From Schizochytrium sp. TIO01 (lineage: Eukaryota > Protista > Bigyra: Labyrinthulomycetes): DNA of 64,000 nucleotides. Position 1 is the stretch's first letter. The number at the start of each line of letters is the position of its first letter. The notes beneath the pieces are model-generated. The model was not told the origin of the DNA. It saw nothing but the letters and a program-made list of their open reading frames with translations, and ran no database searches. The translations under genes and the position numbers were made by a program. The stretch is taken from the NCBI GenBank assembly GCA_004764695.1, contig SMSO01000014.1, positions 1,297,648-1,361,647 of the forward strand. The letters run 5' to 3'. Of the stretch, positions 34,114-49,000 are shown one piece after another.

Positions 34114-35218
34114 GAGTCAGTCTCTTATTTATTTCGTTTGTTTATTTGTTTGTTTACTCCTCGTGGGGCTCTCTCAAGTGCTGGTGGCTGCACGCATTGC
34201 TCGCCTCTTGACCCGGCTTGTTCAAGGCAGCTAGCTAGCTAATCAGAAAGTTCGGGGGGAACAATCGATGCGGTTGTTCAATGAGTCATGGGGCATCACG
34301 TGGTGGTGCCATCCATAACTGCCTCTCTTCAACTTTCGCCGGTTTTGCTCTTAATAACTTCTTTTAAAAGTTACTCTTTTCCGCAATATTTGAAAAGAAA
34401 GGATTTTGTTTAAATAAATAATTTAATTTAAAATGATCTATTTTATAAACTTACTAAAAACAAATTCTATTCTAGTTCACTTATTCATCTATCTATTTGT
34501 TAATTAAATTGCATATTCTTCTTTCGAAATAAAAAGTCGAACGTTTAGGAAATTGGAGCTCTGTCTCTTTGAATGCTAAATTTTGCAAGCCCGTTCTTTA
34601 GAAGAACAGAGAACGCTCGAATAGGAATTCAGAAAATAGGAATAAAATTAAAAACCAACTCCAATATGTTTTATATTTTCAAAAGGAGCGAAGCTAACAA
34701 GCCAAGTGTCTTATTCGACAGCCCCCCCCCCCTTTCTTTGCATATACATAACATATATATATATTTCAAAGTAGCAGCACGATTTTTCTCCCAGTCTCAT
34801 CAGCCCTTTCCATAGTCAATTTTTAATTTCTTCGTTTTTCCCCTCTTTTAAAAAAATATTTTTAAAAAAATTTCAAATAAACTTAAAATAGAAAAGGGCC
34901 CTTCCCAGCAAAGCCAGAGACAGCCATCCATCTCTGCAAGAAATCCCTTGATCTTCTGCTCTCTGGAGCCATGATGCCGCGCCGAAGCCGATCAATCCAT
35001 GGCTCAACGGGCCCTCCTTGGCCAAAGGCACAGGCCGCGTCTGTCGCCAAGCTCCCCTCACAAGCCCTCCAGGCAGGCGACCGCGCAACAGTTGTGATCA
35101 ACCCTCCCAAGCGAGCTACGGCTGCCTGGCGGTGCGCCTCCTATCCTAATCTCTACCCTTCGCGACCTTCTTTCTGCTTTAAAAAGAAAGAGGGGGCTGT
35201 TTAAGCGAGTAACTCGCT

Positions 35219-35250
<32 letters not shown>

Positions 35251-37296
35251 AAGTCATGATAAAATTATCCGGGGAGAGAAAACAAAAGCAGCAGCACTTT
35301 CCGTTTTTATAGGGAAACACTCATTCGCTTGTTGGCCCATGCCGCCCTCAGGCCGGTGGCGATCTAATGGCAGCGCTCTGGGGTAGAGGGAAACCCGCTG
35401 CCTACCTACCTGAAGCGATGGAGCACCCGGCGGGAATCATGGAACGCTGGTCGTTGGTTGTCCCTCACTCATTTCACTCGTTGCCTGAGGCGAAGAAGCA
35501 GAGAAATAAGACATTCATTTTATGTGTGATCTCTCCATTCCGGGAGCACGTTTCTGTCAGCTGAGCGCGTGTCTTTCGTTCTCACCGCGAGATGGGCCCA
35601 GCTCGAGGAAAACAGAAAGAGAAAGACGCGACTGTGGAGGGTCTGAGGGGGCTTGCGCCTCGAAGCGGGTTCTCTTCCCCGCAGTCCACCCCCTTGTGGC
35701 GTTGGCCGGAGGATAGTAGATCTCTCCGAAACCCCGCAGTCAAGCTGCCTTGGAGCGAGCGCTGGCTAGTCAGCTGTAGAAGGAGCTCTTTTCTCCCCTT
35801 TTTTTTTGTTTCTCTCTCTGTCTCTGTGTTTGAACCTTTATGAGTTTGTTTAAAAGATTAGCGCGAGGTGCCATGACGGAGCTATCGCTGTCGCTTCGTT
35901 TGTTTTGGTTTCTTTGGTTTCGTCATCATCTTCAAGTTTACTATAAGCTTCTTCTTCGCTGGTTTCCTTTGGTTCTATTCTTATCTTCAGGCTGATGATG
36001 CCCCTGAAAAGACACGTTTTTGCGCCTGAGTTGCTTCATTTGGCCTGAGCCTGATGTTGCAATTTTGCAGATAGCGAAGACGCGCCTCAAGACGCAGAGC
36101 AAAGTTTCATCCATGCAAGAAGAGAAATCGATAGAGAGATGGCCTTCACAATCAGATCAGGTGTCTTCTCAATCTTAGTCCAGAGAAGCTCGCAAACCCT
36201 TGCCGCCAGTCAGCAGGTGGTCCTTGCCAAATATAATTACGAAGGAGCATCCGAAACTATCGTCTGCTCGAGGTTCGCGAACCTTGGGCTTGGAGGACCC
36301 AGGTATCACCTCCGTAGTTCCCGAGGTCCATTTCTCTGAGACCATGTCCACAAAGTTGCCTCTCCCACTCAATAAAAATTTCCAGCCAGAAGAAGAAGAT
36401 TGAGCAGAGCGCTTCGGCTGCTTGAGCTTCAAGAGTAGTTTTGCGCTTCGCGATCACCACTTCTTTACTCCTCCTCCAACGCTGATTGATGCGCGGAGGC
36501 AGTCAAGATCACGCTCCGGACCTCCTTGTGGTGGCCATGCATGTGCATTTCATGCATTTCATGCACTTGTTTTCTCCTGCCTCCACGAACGTTTATTCTT
36601 CTTATTCCCATTTTTCGCCATAACTCATTCCTCGTTGCCTTCGCTGTTGTTGGCGCTGACGATATGCTCGTCCTCCGGAGAACTGACCAATCGTTGGCGA
36701 TTCCTGGTCTATATATATATATATACATATACACATGTATGTATATCTGAGGATCGAGGCCACTCAAGTACCTTCGTATGATCATGGATGGTGTTCGTGT
36801 GCTTTCCCAGACAAGCTCAGGGGAACCCGCACGTCGGGCGGCTCAGCGACCGCAAGAAAGACACCGCGCGTGCTGGCGAAGCGCCTGCCGCTCGCTGTAT
36901 ATTGCTGTAAATTTACAAGATTGTGGAAATCATGAAATCATGAAATCATGAAATCACGAATGAATAAATGAGTGGATTGATGGATGAATGGACAAAGCAT
37001 GGCTCGGAAAGAGGCATTCGTTACGTTCGCTGCTCTGATTCAGTCTATATCCATTGGTTTCATTATTTTTTTTAGTTTTTAGTTTTTTCTGGCGTCGTGA
37101 GAGTGGGTGGCAAGTCATCCTAATCAGCTTGTGGCCACTGGCCACTTTCATGGTGCCCGAGCTGGGCCTTTGTTTTTTTGTTTCTTCGTCTGTCCCAGAG
37201 CGCAATGGCGTTTGCAATTGGAATGAATGTGTCATCTGGGTATTTACTGATTTATTAATTTATTTTCTTACTTCAAGTTATTTGCTCATTCAGTCA

Positions 37297-37342
37297 TTCT
37301 TTGTTTCTTTGTTTCTTTGTTTCTTTGTTTCTTTGTTTCTTT
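37297..37342. repeat. (TTCTTTGT)n 8-bp tandem repeat, ~5.5 copies
   Basis: Direct read. Confidence 0.9.
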
Positions 37343-40300
37343 CAACTATTCATATATAATATATAAAGATATCGATTCTCCATTCATTCACCCATGTACG
37401 CAAATGCATGTGCCTGCAATGCATGTGCGGCACTGGCAAACGGACACCGCGGCCGCCGACATGTGATTGGCGGCGGACAGGCCAGTCAGTCAGTCAGTCA
37501 GTCAGCCAGCGAGAGAGAGAAGAGAGAGAGAGAGAACGAGCGAGTTAGTTTTGATTTCAAGAGACGCCATGAATGAATGCGCGCATAAATGACAGATCGA
37601 TTGATCGATGGATAGATTCTTTCTCACTTGGCCAACGGGGCGAGGAGGGCGAAACGCTCGAGGTTCCAGCGGCAGCTCTCGATCCGCTCTCGCAACCAGC
37701 GAAACAAAGAACGTGGCTTCAAGATCGAATGAATGACAGACAATCTATGCGAATGGAGCGCCTTTCCACGGAAAGAAACGCCCTCCAGGGAGGGAGGATG
37801 GTCGGCCGGAGCGCTCGCTGTCTGCGCCTGCCTGAGTAGAACCAAGAGAACGACGATGGGCCTGTTGAGAGTCAATCAATCCTGGACGCTGTGCATTCAT
37901 GCCGCTCGTAGTGCTTTCGTGCTTTCGTCCACTCGTATAATTAATTACTTGTCCATGTTGATGGAGCCAAAGAGATCTTCGTGCAGGCAATAGTCTGCGC
38001 CTGCGAAGGCTCGTGCTGAGGAAGAAACACCATTGCCTCGATCAGTCAACGGTCGTGAGACGGCCCGAAATCGCTCGACGCTGTTGACCATTTTCTGGAT
38101 CCAAAGCGCCCTCTTCTTGATGCCGACCAAGGTTGGTTCTCTCCTGGCGATGGCAATATATGCGCGCGCTAGATCCCTTACGTTGCGAGAGGGGACCTGC
38201 GAATTGCAGACCGCGTGCTTAAGCCTGAAGCTACCTCTGCCAGTACGTTTGGAAACCGACGCGTGCCTATATGCTTGAAGATTGCACTTTGCTCAAGCCA
38301 AGACACTGGGTAGATAGGTAGATAGATGGTCATATCTAGTTGTTGATCTTCCGCAACGAAGCAGCAAGCTTGTGCAGGGGTGCGCCATAGCAATGGGGTA
38401 GTTGGCCTGCTTCAAGTTGTGAGCTTAGGCGTCCTTGGACTCTTCGAGTCGTTGAATCGTCGTCTGGTCTGACATGCATGAGTCGAGCCGCAATATATAT
38501 ATATATATATATATGAGTGAGCGGAGATTAGCAGCAAGCCCCCCGAGGATCTCCTGAAGGGTCATTTGGGTAAATTGTACAGAATAACATACAGTATTTA
38601 CTAATTGCCCCTCTTTTGCAAACAAGCAGTGTGTTAACTAACTGAGCTTTTTGAGCTTCTTTGCTCGCTTTGCCATGCGCCATTGAAGTCTCGATACCGT
38701 TAGTGGATTAGAAAAATATCCGCATATTGAGTATTTTCTCTAATCTCGTCAAGAAGCACACCAGAGCAGTTAGGTAGACTTCTCCAATGTCCGCACGGTG
38801 TTTTGAGAAGAGTGAATCTACGCGCTTCCAACATTCCAGCTCAAACATGTAAAACGTGAGGTGAGATTGATTTCTGCTGTCCATAACCATAGCACGCTTC
38901 CTAGCCGTAAGGCCTTTCCACCCATAATTTTCAACTTTAGAAAACTAAAGTGCTGGAAAGCAATTGTTTCAACACTCTTTGATAGAGGTCGCCCGCTCCT
39001 GCTTGTTTGCCTGTCTGCCTATATGTGGGACCACTCACGGTTGGTCACCGAGAGCTGGTTAGTTAAGTGGAAGCTACGGCGTGCACTTTAAGCTTTCTCC
39101 ACCCTGGTTCTGGCTTTGCTTGACTCGGGCTTTTTCAGGAGCATTGATTGCAGTAAGCATTTGCTCCATACGATTAGATTGGGCTTTCGTATTAAAATTA
39201 ATCATCTAAAAGGTGAACTTTAGAGCATTGGCTCCTGGAGAGAAACTGAAAGCAGGAGAACTTCCCTCCGGCGACGACGCCTTTACTCCTGAAAAATTCA
39301 AACGCTTGCGTGGCCTGCCTGCCTCAAGTAATTCATGTATGTAGAAATGACCAGATAGAAACATAAAGTGCAGGTAAATAAACAAAGAAAACGAGACAAA
39401 GGACATGTGCTGTTCCTTCAGTGCAATGCGAAGAACGTCGGCGCCTCTAACTGCCCCGAGATAACCTTGTGCTGAGATTACCTTCAGACCAGCCAGGCAG
39501 CCAGCCAAAATTTCCCACATGCGTCTAAAGAGCCTGAAGCGAGCCAGAATTCTTTTTACGATACATACATATCATAGTAGCTTTGGCATGGGCAGGAACT
39601 GTTTAGACTTCAGTGGCTCGCTGCTCTGAGCTTTGTGTGGAGCTACAGCACATGAAAAAGAAACTCTGGCACGCTAACTAATTAATCAGGTAGGCAGTTG
39701 TATGATTACAAGAGTTGATGTGCGCTTGCCGCGTGATTCTGCATTCAGTTGGAGTTACAGGGATGAAAGGAAAGCACTGGTGGCAAATCAGTGAACCACA
39801 TGGAAGATTGAATGTAGATACAGACACTTGCCATTAGATTGAGAGAAATCTAACTCGCTTCTGCTTCTGTGTCGAGTAGGTACCCCTATTCTGGGGAAAG
39901 ATCATCTTTGAAATAAACTCTCTCTCTCTCTCTCTCGCTGCAAAATGATGACAAAGAGAAGCTGCGCGAAGCTGCGCATGGAAGACGCTTTCTCTTCGAA
40001 GAAAACATCCTTTCTTTCTTTAAAGTAAAATAAATATAAAAAGTGATCTATTTTCATTCATTTTCTCTGAATTTGGAATGAACCCTGCAACTGATTCTGC
40101 TTTTTCTTTTTTTTTTTCCTTTTTCTTTTTTAAAATTTAAATTTGAATAATAAAAATAATACAAACATGAATTTATAATTTCTATTTTCAAATTTAAATT
40201 TAAAAAATCTATTATGAGATGAATGAATGTAGATGTTGATAGTTCTTTCCTTGGAGAGAACACATAAGATATTGCAACGGCGGTCGTGAATAAGCTTGAT

Positions 40301-43054
40301 GGCGATATATCCTCCAGGGAATGTGGTTTCACTTGACAAACAACGTTCATGGTCACTTGGGGTTTTTGTAGGAATTCACGGTTCTTTCCGAGGGTATAAC
40401 TTCCGAGTGTGTACTTCGTTGAATTTGAGGACCCCCTCGAGAGGAAACATGGAAAGTCCGGCGTCATGAGTAGTCGACGCGTGGCAGAGATGGGCCTCTA
40501 TTTTTAGATTTTCACGCATTACCCAGATCGTGGACTCCCTGTATGCACTATTTGAAAGGTTGCGCGAATTGAATGCGTACAGGGTTGTTCAAAATTTACA
40601 AATTTGTGTTGGTTGAAGCTTGATTTACATACATGATATTCCTAACTCAGATCATCGGTTTGTCAAATAGCTATTTTCATATCTGATGAAATTTAGTGGA
40701 ATTCAATTATTTCCAATCTCTAGCTTAAACAAAAATGCAAAACATTTGCTCTGTGTTGTCTGCCGAGACTAGTGAGAAGGTGTCGGTTCGCATCACGTGA
40801 CTTGACCACATTTTTATTCAACATACATTTGTCCTTTGCAAAAGGCAATCGCTTTTTTTTACACCACCTAAGAGCTACTGGGTATCGTGTACTGCTTTTC
40901 CATGACCCGCCAAAGTAAAGGTACCTTCAGCAGCTTGTGGCATATACTGTGGGTAAACTTGAGGTTCAAGCCATTTTCGATCTTCAAGTCGAACCATCCT
41001 GCTGGAACGCAGTGCCACAGAAATCTGAGTCATTGATGTGAATTCGTGGATACCAATGGGCTTGAATGAAATGCGGAGAATTGTAATTGTAGCACTGAGC
41101 CAGAAGATACTCAATGAGACCTTGGCAACCCGATCTTCCACTTTAGCATCGCCTCTTTCCACAGAGAAAAAGTTGCCCAAAGTATAGAACTACGATTTCA
41201 ACATTTTTCATCATCATGGCGGTAAAAAGCAGCAGAAGAAAATGAGGTCAAACTGAAGAGCAAATGTTTTGATCGAGAAACTCCTGATATCTGAACCTCA
41301 TTTAGAGTTCATTAGATCTATTCCTCAGTTCAAAGTTTTAATCGGTGCCTAATTTTGAAAGGTGACATTTGAGCGTGTAGTTTGCTGCGCAACCAGCATC
41401 TTTTCCTTCTTGAGCACCAGACCACCCACTACCTACCTCCCGACCAGCACACGATTTGCGGCCAGGTTTTAAGAAGCTCAATTTCATTTAAGCATGGTGT
41501 TCCACTATGAGGTTTGATTAGTAAAAGTAATTCTGTTCAATAATGAATGTTACAATGTTATCTTCTCAGCAACTGCTCAGGCGTTGAGGACGTTCTGTTT
41601 GATGTGGTGTCTCGGGGTTTGCCCACTTCTTAAAGGATAATTACAATGTGCTGGTGATATCTTGCGACATTGAACGTTCAGGTCTTTGTAAGAAATATAT
41701 TCAAGAAAATCGACCCTTGGAAATAGTGAGACTTAGTATTGCTTTTTTGAAGATGCAGAACAGGAAAGATGTAATTGAACTCGGCCTTTTTGCATATTTA
41801 CTATAAATCGCAAAAGCCTTTATAGGCCGATTCCTAATTACCTAATCGTGGAGTTTTATACCGGCCTGCATGCAGGTTTATGGGCAAAGTGTCTCCACTT
41901 AAATGTACATTTATAGAAGAAAAACCATATTCTTTGGAAAGCATACGATGGTATTTCGAAGCAAGTGCCAAATTGCTTGCGTTGTCGAACACTGGCGTGC
42001 TACCCTACCCCATGATCGTGAAGAGTCGCTGATTGCGAACCTTGGGATAACAAAAGAGGCAGCGAACGTATATGGGAGCTTGGGCACCCCGGAAATGGCG
42101 GTATGCGTCGTTACGCGGGAAAATCAAATCTGCGTGGACGGAGAAGAGTGGCGCTTGACTACCAATTGCTCGGACTACCATAAGAGTCGATAGTCAGCAT
42201 ATTTGGTCCTGCACTGAAGACTGCGGGCAGGCTCGCTTGCTTGTATCAAGGTTTTCTATCTTTAAGTTACATAGGAATGGTTATTATCTTTGTTTTTTTG
42301 TTTTCTTTTCATTCTCTTGCTTTACCATAAGCTTTTATATAATAAAGTAAAACTTAATAATTATGTTTTAAAAAAGAAAAGAAAGAAAGAAAAAAAACAT
42401 CATAATTAAAAGTTAAAAAACCAGAAAAACCTTTGCAATATAAATATACATCAGGTTTAGTTTTAAGAGAATTACTTTTCTTTCCAGCGCTATTCTTTTT
42501 TCAGAAATTAACAAACTTGAAATTACCAAGAAGAAGTACTTCTTCGAGAAGTTATTTCAACAACAACCACGTTTATTGAGGAGATCTTTTGGACCAGCAA
42601 GTTTCACGATGCAGCGAATTAATTATTCCTCTGTCACGACTTTGCCAAAGCCCTTTTCTGGTGCTTCAAAATGTATTACGCCTCTCCAAACCTGGAAATT
42701 CCTACAGTTTATAAATTAAATACTTTGCACTGTAGTATATATAAAACCTACACTTGTCAACATATTATGGGATCATGAGAAGTTCGCGGCAGTAGTGGAT
42801 ATGTCTCTACAAAGGCCCTAGATATGCGCATACATTTTTGCATTTATGCATGTGCTTTCTAAAGTTTGCTCTCTTCACTTTCTCCATGTTTTAGACACTC
42901 CAGACGTTCACGTGCAGGCGCATTTAAGCTCATGCTCTTCGCTGGCGCCTTGAAGCCGATGTTGGCGGATTTCAATCGAGGTTCGCTTTCCAGTCCGGGC
43001 AGCCTTGCGAGCGAGCGAGGGAGCGCGAAGGAAGCGAGCAAGCTTCGAGAGCAA

Positions 43055-43098
43055 TGACTGACTGACTGACTGACTGACTGACTGACTGACTGACTGAC
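43055..43098. repeat. (TGAC)11 microsatellite
   Basis: Direct read. Confidence 0.95.
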
Positions 43099-46000
43099 GA
43101 ACTAACTGACTGACTATTTATTGTTGAGAGAAGAAGCGAACCTCCCTCGCAAGCAAGAGTCAGCTTGCCATGATTACGAGCCGGCAAGAATCATTTCGTG
43201 CTCAGTGGAGACCAGCTCGAACTCCCGACAGAAGCGAGCACCACCTCTGATAATGCTCACCCAGCGCCGTTCCTCTCGCAGTAGCACATTGGCTGGCACA
43301 TAAACAAACAGGTGCATGGAGTTATGAAGCACCACGCAGAACGAATCGCCAACTCTGAATCATCAAGCCTTGATAGATTGATTGATTGATCTTCTCTGGC
43401 ATTCACATATATATATATATATACACGTGCATCTATTGGCTGGTGATGAGAAGTCAGTGCCTCTCTCACGCAAGGAAATCCTTCACAATCTCCGCAAAGA
43501 ACGGGTGGAGGCTGCTTCTGCTGCTGCCTCTGCTGCTGATGATGATCATAATAATACGCGCCAGTTTTACCTTCGAAGTTGAGACCTTCTGAAGTGTGTG
43601 GTTCCACTGGTGCGGACCTTGACCTCACCTCCTGGTTTGGCTTTTCTGGACAAAGAGACGTATACTGAAATGGTACAATGACTGTAATTGATTTTATAAG
43701 ATGGGCTCAGATGAGAACTTTGAATGGACCTCGATGAGAAGAATGAATGGCTTCTTCAATCTGGCGCCTTTCTTGCCAAGGCAGAAACAGACCATGGTCG
43801 GAGATAGCTGGCTCGGACTCATACCCCTCGAGCAGGTAGCCATCACTGTTGAGCTCAGCCGCAAAAGGTATAGCGCCCAGCTCGGAGCCGTGCCAGTGGT
43901 TGTGAAGCATCGAAACTCGAGCACGTAGCTACCAGGATGATGTTTGATTGATGATAATTGTGAGCACGTTTCGCACCTTAGTTCAAAGGGTGGTATTAGA
44001 GAAGTCTCTATCTGTTACTATATAGGCCCAGCTCATTTACTACTTTCTTCTGAATTTGAGAAATAACAAAAACATTGTTTTTTTAATATACTATTATTGT
44101 CAGCGGCAAAAAGAAACGTGACGAAGTGAAATGGTGGGAGGCAGATCTTCATGTTGTTCTTCAAGAGGTTGGAAAGTTCCAATCATCTCGAGCACTTCAG
44201 TTGAATATGTTAATTTAAATTCACGAGCTCCAGCTTCAGCTCCAGCGAAACCAACAGTGGATAAGTTGAAAACAAAAAAAAAACAAGAAGAAGGAGAAGG
44301 AGAAAAAGTGAAAATTGTACATCACGGCATGAAAACCATTCTTGTTTGGGTGACAAAATGACTGAGGATTTAAAAAAGTAATACAAAAAGGCGCTTCTTG
44401 AGCCAGCAAACGTGGGAATGCAAGAACGAAAGCAGCGAAACTAATACTCAAAGGCTTATGAGGCTGGAAGAGGCAAATAGGCAGACAGTATGTATCAGGA
44501 CTACCAATCACTCTAACAAATTAATTTCATTGGAACATTGTAACAGCAGCAGCAACAACCACCACCAATACATCTTCTTGGCTCTGCTTTTAGTTGACTA
44601 TTAATATAGTGTCAAAAGCAGAGGGCTTCGGATATAGCTGCAGTAAAATCGAAGAAATTCTGTAGCTGTGAAATATAGTTCGGAATACTATCGATGTTTT
44701 TGCCACGCTTGATAAGTACTAATGCCATTGCGCAGAAGCCTGTTATCCAGAATAACCTGTCGTAATCGCTCGCAGCCATTAGGGTGGGGCAAGGAGAAAC
44801 TACATACAAACGTGGGGTTAGTGGAAGCAAATGTTGGGAAGCTCAAGAAGGCAGAACTGTTCGGGAGATTGTATGTTTCCCTAAACCATCATAGTGAGAT
44901 AGTCCGACAACAACTAGTGACGACATTTGCAAGTTTTATCTGTATGTGCCTAGAGTTTCTGCGCTTCTCCTAAAATCATAGAAAGTTTGCGGCAAAGCTT
45001 TACCGGCATATAACAATTATTCTATTCTAAGCTTCTCTCCAGATATGCCTGTGCTGACCCCTAGTCTTGGTGGGAAACCTCTAATCTGAAAGGTATTGCT
45101 ATTACTTCGCAAGTGACGCCAAGTGCGGTTGACAACCTGAGGCACAGACGATGTCGTGGCGAACAAGAATGACCAAAAACAGTGTTTTGGTCTGTACTGC
45201 AAATCCCTGCAAGACAGCATGGTAGGGATGTCTAAACACTAGTAATGGTATTGCAAAATCATTACATCTCACTTGATTTTTATCCTTTTGCTTCAACTTC
45301 TGGAATAAAAATCCTGGACTAACACCTTCGCTTCGCTTTGATTTGCTCTTTTCATTTTGCATATGTTCTTAGTTGTTGCCGCTGACAGCTTGATCGTAAG
45401 GTCCAAAATAAGTTGATCATTCTAGCTAGTCGAAAATATCGCCTACTTCGACTTAAAAAGTAATCCTCAAGACGAAGAGCTTAGTTCCTGCTGCTATTAG
45501 TATTACTTATTCGTATTCGAAATTATTGGCTATGCTATCAACTCTACCAAGAGGTGGCTTCTAGATTAGTTTGGTGCGTGTAGGCAAAGCATACGTGATT
45601 ATGAAGTTGCTATTTCATTTGCCGACATCTCAAGTCATATGCATCGATGAAAAAAAAAGGTACTTGAGAATTTCTATATTTCATTACAAAGTACAAAGAC
45701 ATCTGGGAGTGGTGACATGTGGTTCAATTTCCTCTTCCCAACAAGCCTGCCACGCATGCTATACGTAGGTTTGTAAACTACTGTAATTTGTCTTTTACTG
45801 CAGGCGATGCTGCAAGTGCTTTAAAAGATCTTCGCTACTGCTAAAACTGCCCAATATATTTAAAAAAAATACGTATTATTGCAAATTCTTCCCATTTTGT
45901 TTTCCTCTTCTCTCGAGCCTTCAGCTAACACTGTGTTTTCTTCGCTTCCTGATTTTTAATTCGAAATATTGATTTACATTAATTTATTTCCTTTATCTCT

Positions 46001-49000
46001 TTTTTAAACCAGAAAACTTAACTTTTGATGAATTTTTAAATTCCATTTAACCATTAAAAAGAATTTAAATCCGTGATTATAAATCTTTTTTTTTTTTAAT
46101 TTGAAACAAGCCAGTCCTTAAAAAAAAAAAATATGAGTTAGCTTATAAAATATTTTTAATGTATGTATTTCTTTAGATTAAAATTAAAAAATAAAACTAC
46201 TAAACTGTTCTTTAGCATAACAAAAAAAAACAAGCGTAAATTATAAAACTTTTCATGAACAGAAATAATTGTAATGATTTTTTAAAATAAAATGTCAAAG
46301 TCTATTTAATAAAAGAATGAATAGAACAGAAATGGAACAGTATGGGAAAAGTAAGTTGAATGAAATCAATTTCCATTGTACCAGAGACGCATTTAGCGAC
46401 AAAAAGTTTAATTGGAGAATGGAGTGATGCCGGAAGGAAGAAACTCCGCAGGTGCTGCTCTTTAGTATAATAGGTACTAGTGTTGTCCTTTCTTTATTAG
46501 TAGTTCACTCTTACTTGTCAGAGGCTACTTGGCTCAACCCTTTCACTTTGTAGAACTAGTTGAAATACTATTGTGATGACCTACTACCATCTTCCAACTG
46601 ATTGATCATCCAATTTCGATATCGTACCTCGAAACCTGGAGTTCATCATCACTTTTATTTATTGAAATTGCTTACATCCACATTGAAGTCTATTCTTTGA
46701 CTTCACCTCTCGCACATGCTCAACATAAGCTTTGAGACACGGTTGATCCATTCAGACTCAGAGTAGTTTTTGGTTTTAATTTGGTTTTGTAGTGGGAAAA
46801 GGGGACAAATAAAATGTGGCTTTAAGCACTTGAATAACAAACAATCAGCACGTTTTTGTTTTTTTACTGTTGAGACCGTCGTGCTGTCTTTTCCTCGATC
46901 CAGCAACACAGGACCAATCTAGCTGCCGCCAACGGCAGGTGCGATGGGAAAGTCCCGAAGCCCACTGCCGACCCAACCTTTGCTTCTCCTTTCTGAGAGA
47001 GTCGTGACGTTTTCGTGAGCCGTCACGAGACAGAAACATAAACTGTCTTATGCGTGCAATTGAGTGAAGCTACGTTTATGCAACCTTTACTACATGTGAG
47101 AAGAATAGATAAGTCAGTACTAGCACAACCAAACCATCGTTGCCTCACCAACTTCAATCTCAGCTTGCAGCACGTCTCGCCTATGCGTCATGAAGTAACA
47201 CGCCTTTGGCCGTGAACTCAAGCCTGTGGCAATCCTTGATTTACAACGATTGACATCCTACTTTGATCCCGTCCTTTCTTTCTTCTTCTCTCGCTTGTGA
47301 CGATGGGTTGAACTACGACGACATGAATAAATCAAGACCCAAACAACATTCATGAATAAATCTTAAACAGATGAATGAATCTTTAATTGATGGATGGGTG
47401 GATTGAATTAGGAAGGCGAGAAAGCATGTGCTGACATCTTGGGTGGGTCGGTACTCAAGCTTCTGGGGCCCCGCTAATCCGCACGTTATTTCTAGGTTGG
47501 AGTTCATCAGCCATCTGTGAGGGCTCAACAGATGATTAATTCCCTAACCTTTCCAGAGCGAGCTCAGTATCGGCTACGGCATAAGAGACGCATTCGATGC
47601 TGTCACAGGCAGCTTCTGCTCGTCCTTGTTCAGGTTCGCTGAGTCTGTAGCGAAGTGAGTCAATTCATCGACTTTGTCTCTAGCGATTCATCAATGATAT
47701 ATATAGATGGTATGAACTTTTAAGTATTGATTACAAATATAATGAACAAATTCCAAATTGACCGCATCAATGGCTAGTATGTACCTACTATTGTACCTAG
47801 CCGATCAGCTAACTAGCGAGAAAAGAAAAGGTCGGCGATGGATTGATGATTCTAACGCTGAAGCCCGAGTTTGCGCTGGTGCCACGCTCGGGAGCACGCT
47901 TGCTGCGGAGGGCACCAATGCTACGGTCGAATTCGTGAGCCGATCTGCAACATGTGAATCGTCCGGCTGCATACGACCACCCGCCCTGCAAGGCCACACA
48001 GGAACGGGGAGCCTTGATTGCTCCCCAATGGAGAGGCCCGGCACTTGCCGCGTCTGCGCGTTTAAGGCCTGAGAAAAGTTTTATCTAAAATTGTCACTTT
48101 TTTTTGCATTTTCTTAATTTTTTTGAGTACCATATATAAACATTTGTTCGAACAAGTAGAAGGCTCATTAGTCTGACTTTTCTCGTGGAGGCAGAATTTT
48201 ATTTAGACAAGGCGTATTTCTTTCATTAAAATGCTTTCATACTTGATCCTGCCTCCTCGCTGATAGGATTTGAGGACAAAAATCAAGAGGGACGAGCTTT
48301 CAATCTTTCGCGTTTAGCATGATACTAGCTAGAGATAAATGACAACGAAGAGTTGCTGTTGAATAAAAGGCAAAATATACAAAGCTGTCCGCAAATGATT
48401 TCAAATTTATCTTCTGAACTATCATCGGAATAAATGCAAATTAGTAATGTATCTTACTAAGCCAATCGAAAAAGGACACCTACTCAGAGAAGAAGTAACC
48501 AGTATATGCAAACAAGTTAAAAGGCTGCAATGATAAACAATAGGTTGCATTTCCTTTTGAGATTGACCATCTCTAGTTTGCATTTTCTTCTGTAAATTTT
48601 GGATGGCACGAGTAGCAACAACAAGCAAAAGAGGATAGAGTTATAGCACACTATAATTGATAGACATTGAATTGAAAGTGGGGAATAATCTAATCTCTGC
48701 GTCCTTGATGTAATCTACCAATAAGAGGTATTTGTCAACGCCACCCCCTACTACAGCAAAGCTGCAGTTGCTACAGCAAAAGGATAGCTTACGGACGAGG
48801 CTCACGTGCATTAGTGTGGATCTCCATCTCAGCGATCCGTTCCTAAGACTATCAATCTATGGATTTGTGTCTTTGACTCGGATGTCTATTTACTGACCTA
48901 GTGAGCGGACGCGCCGTTTCCTATGGGTTTTGCCTAAGCTTACACTAAATGCTATATAAACGTGCCAGAGATGCCTCTGTACCCCCAACTTAATTAATGC

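Noticed and set aside
40054-42193. ORFs 40054-40467, 40875-41180 and 41903-42193
   Set aside because: Short, on mixed strands and without recognisable homology; cannot be supported as CDS.
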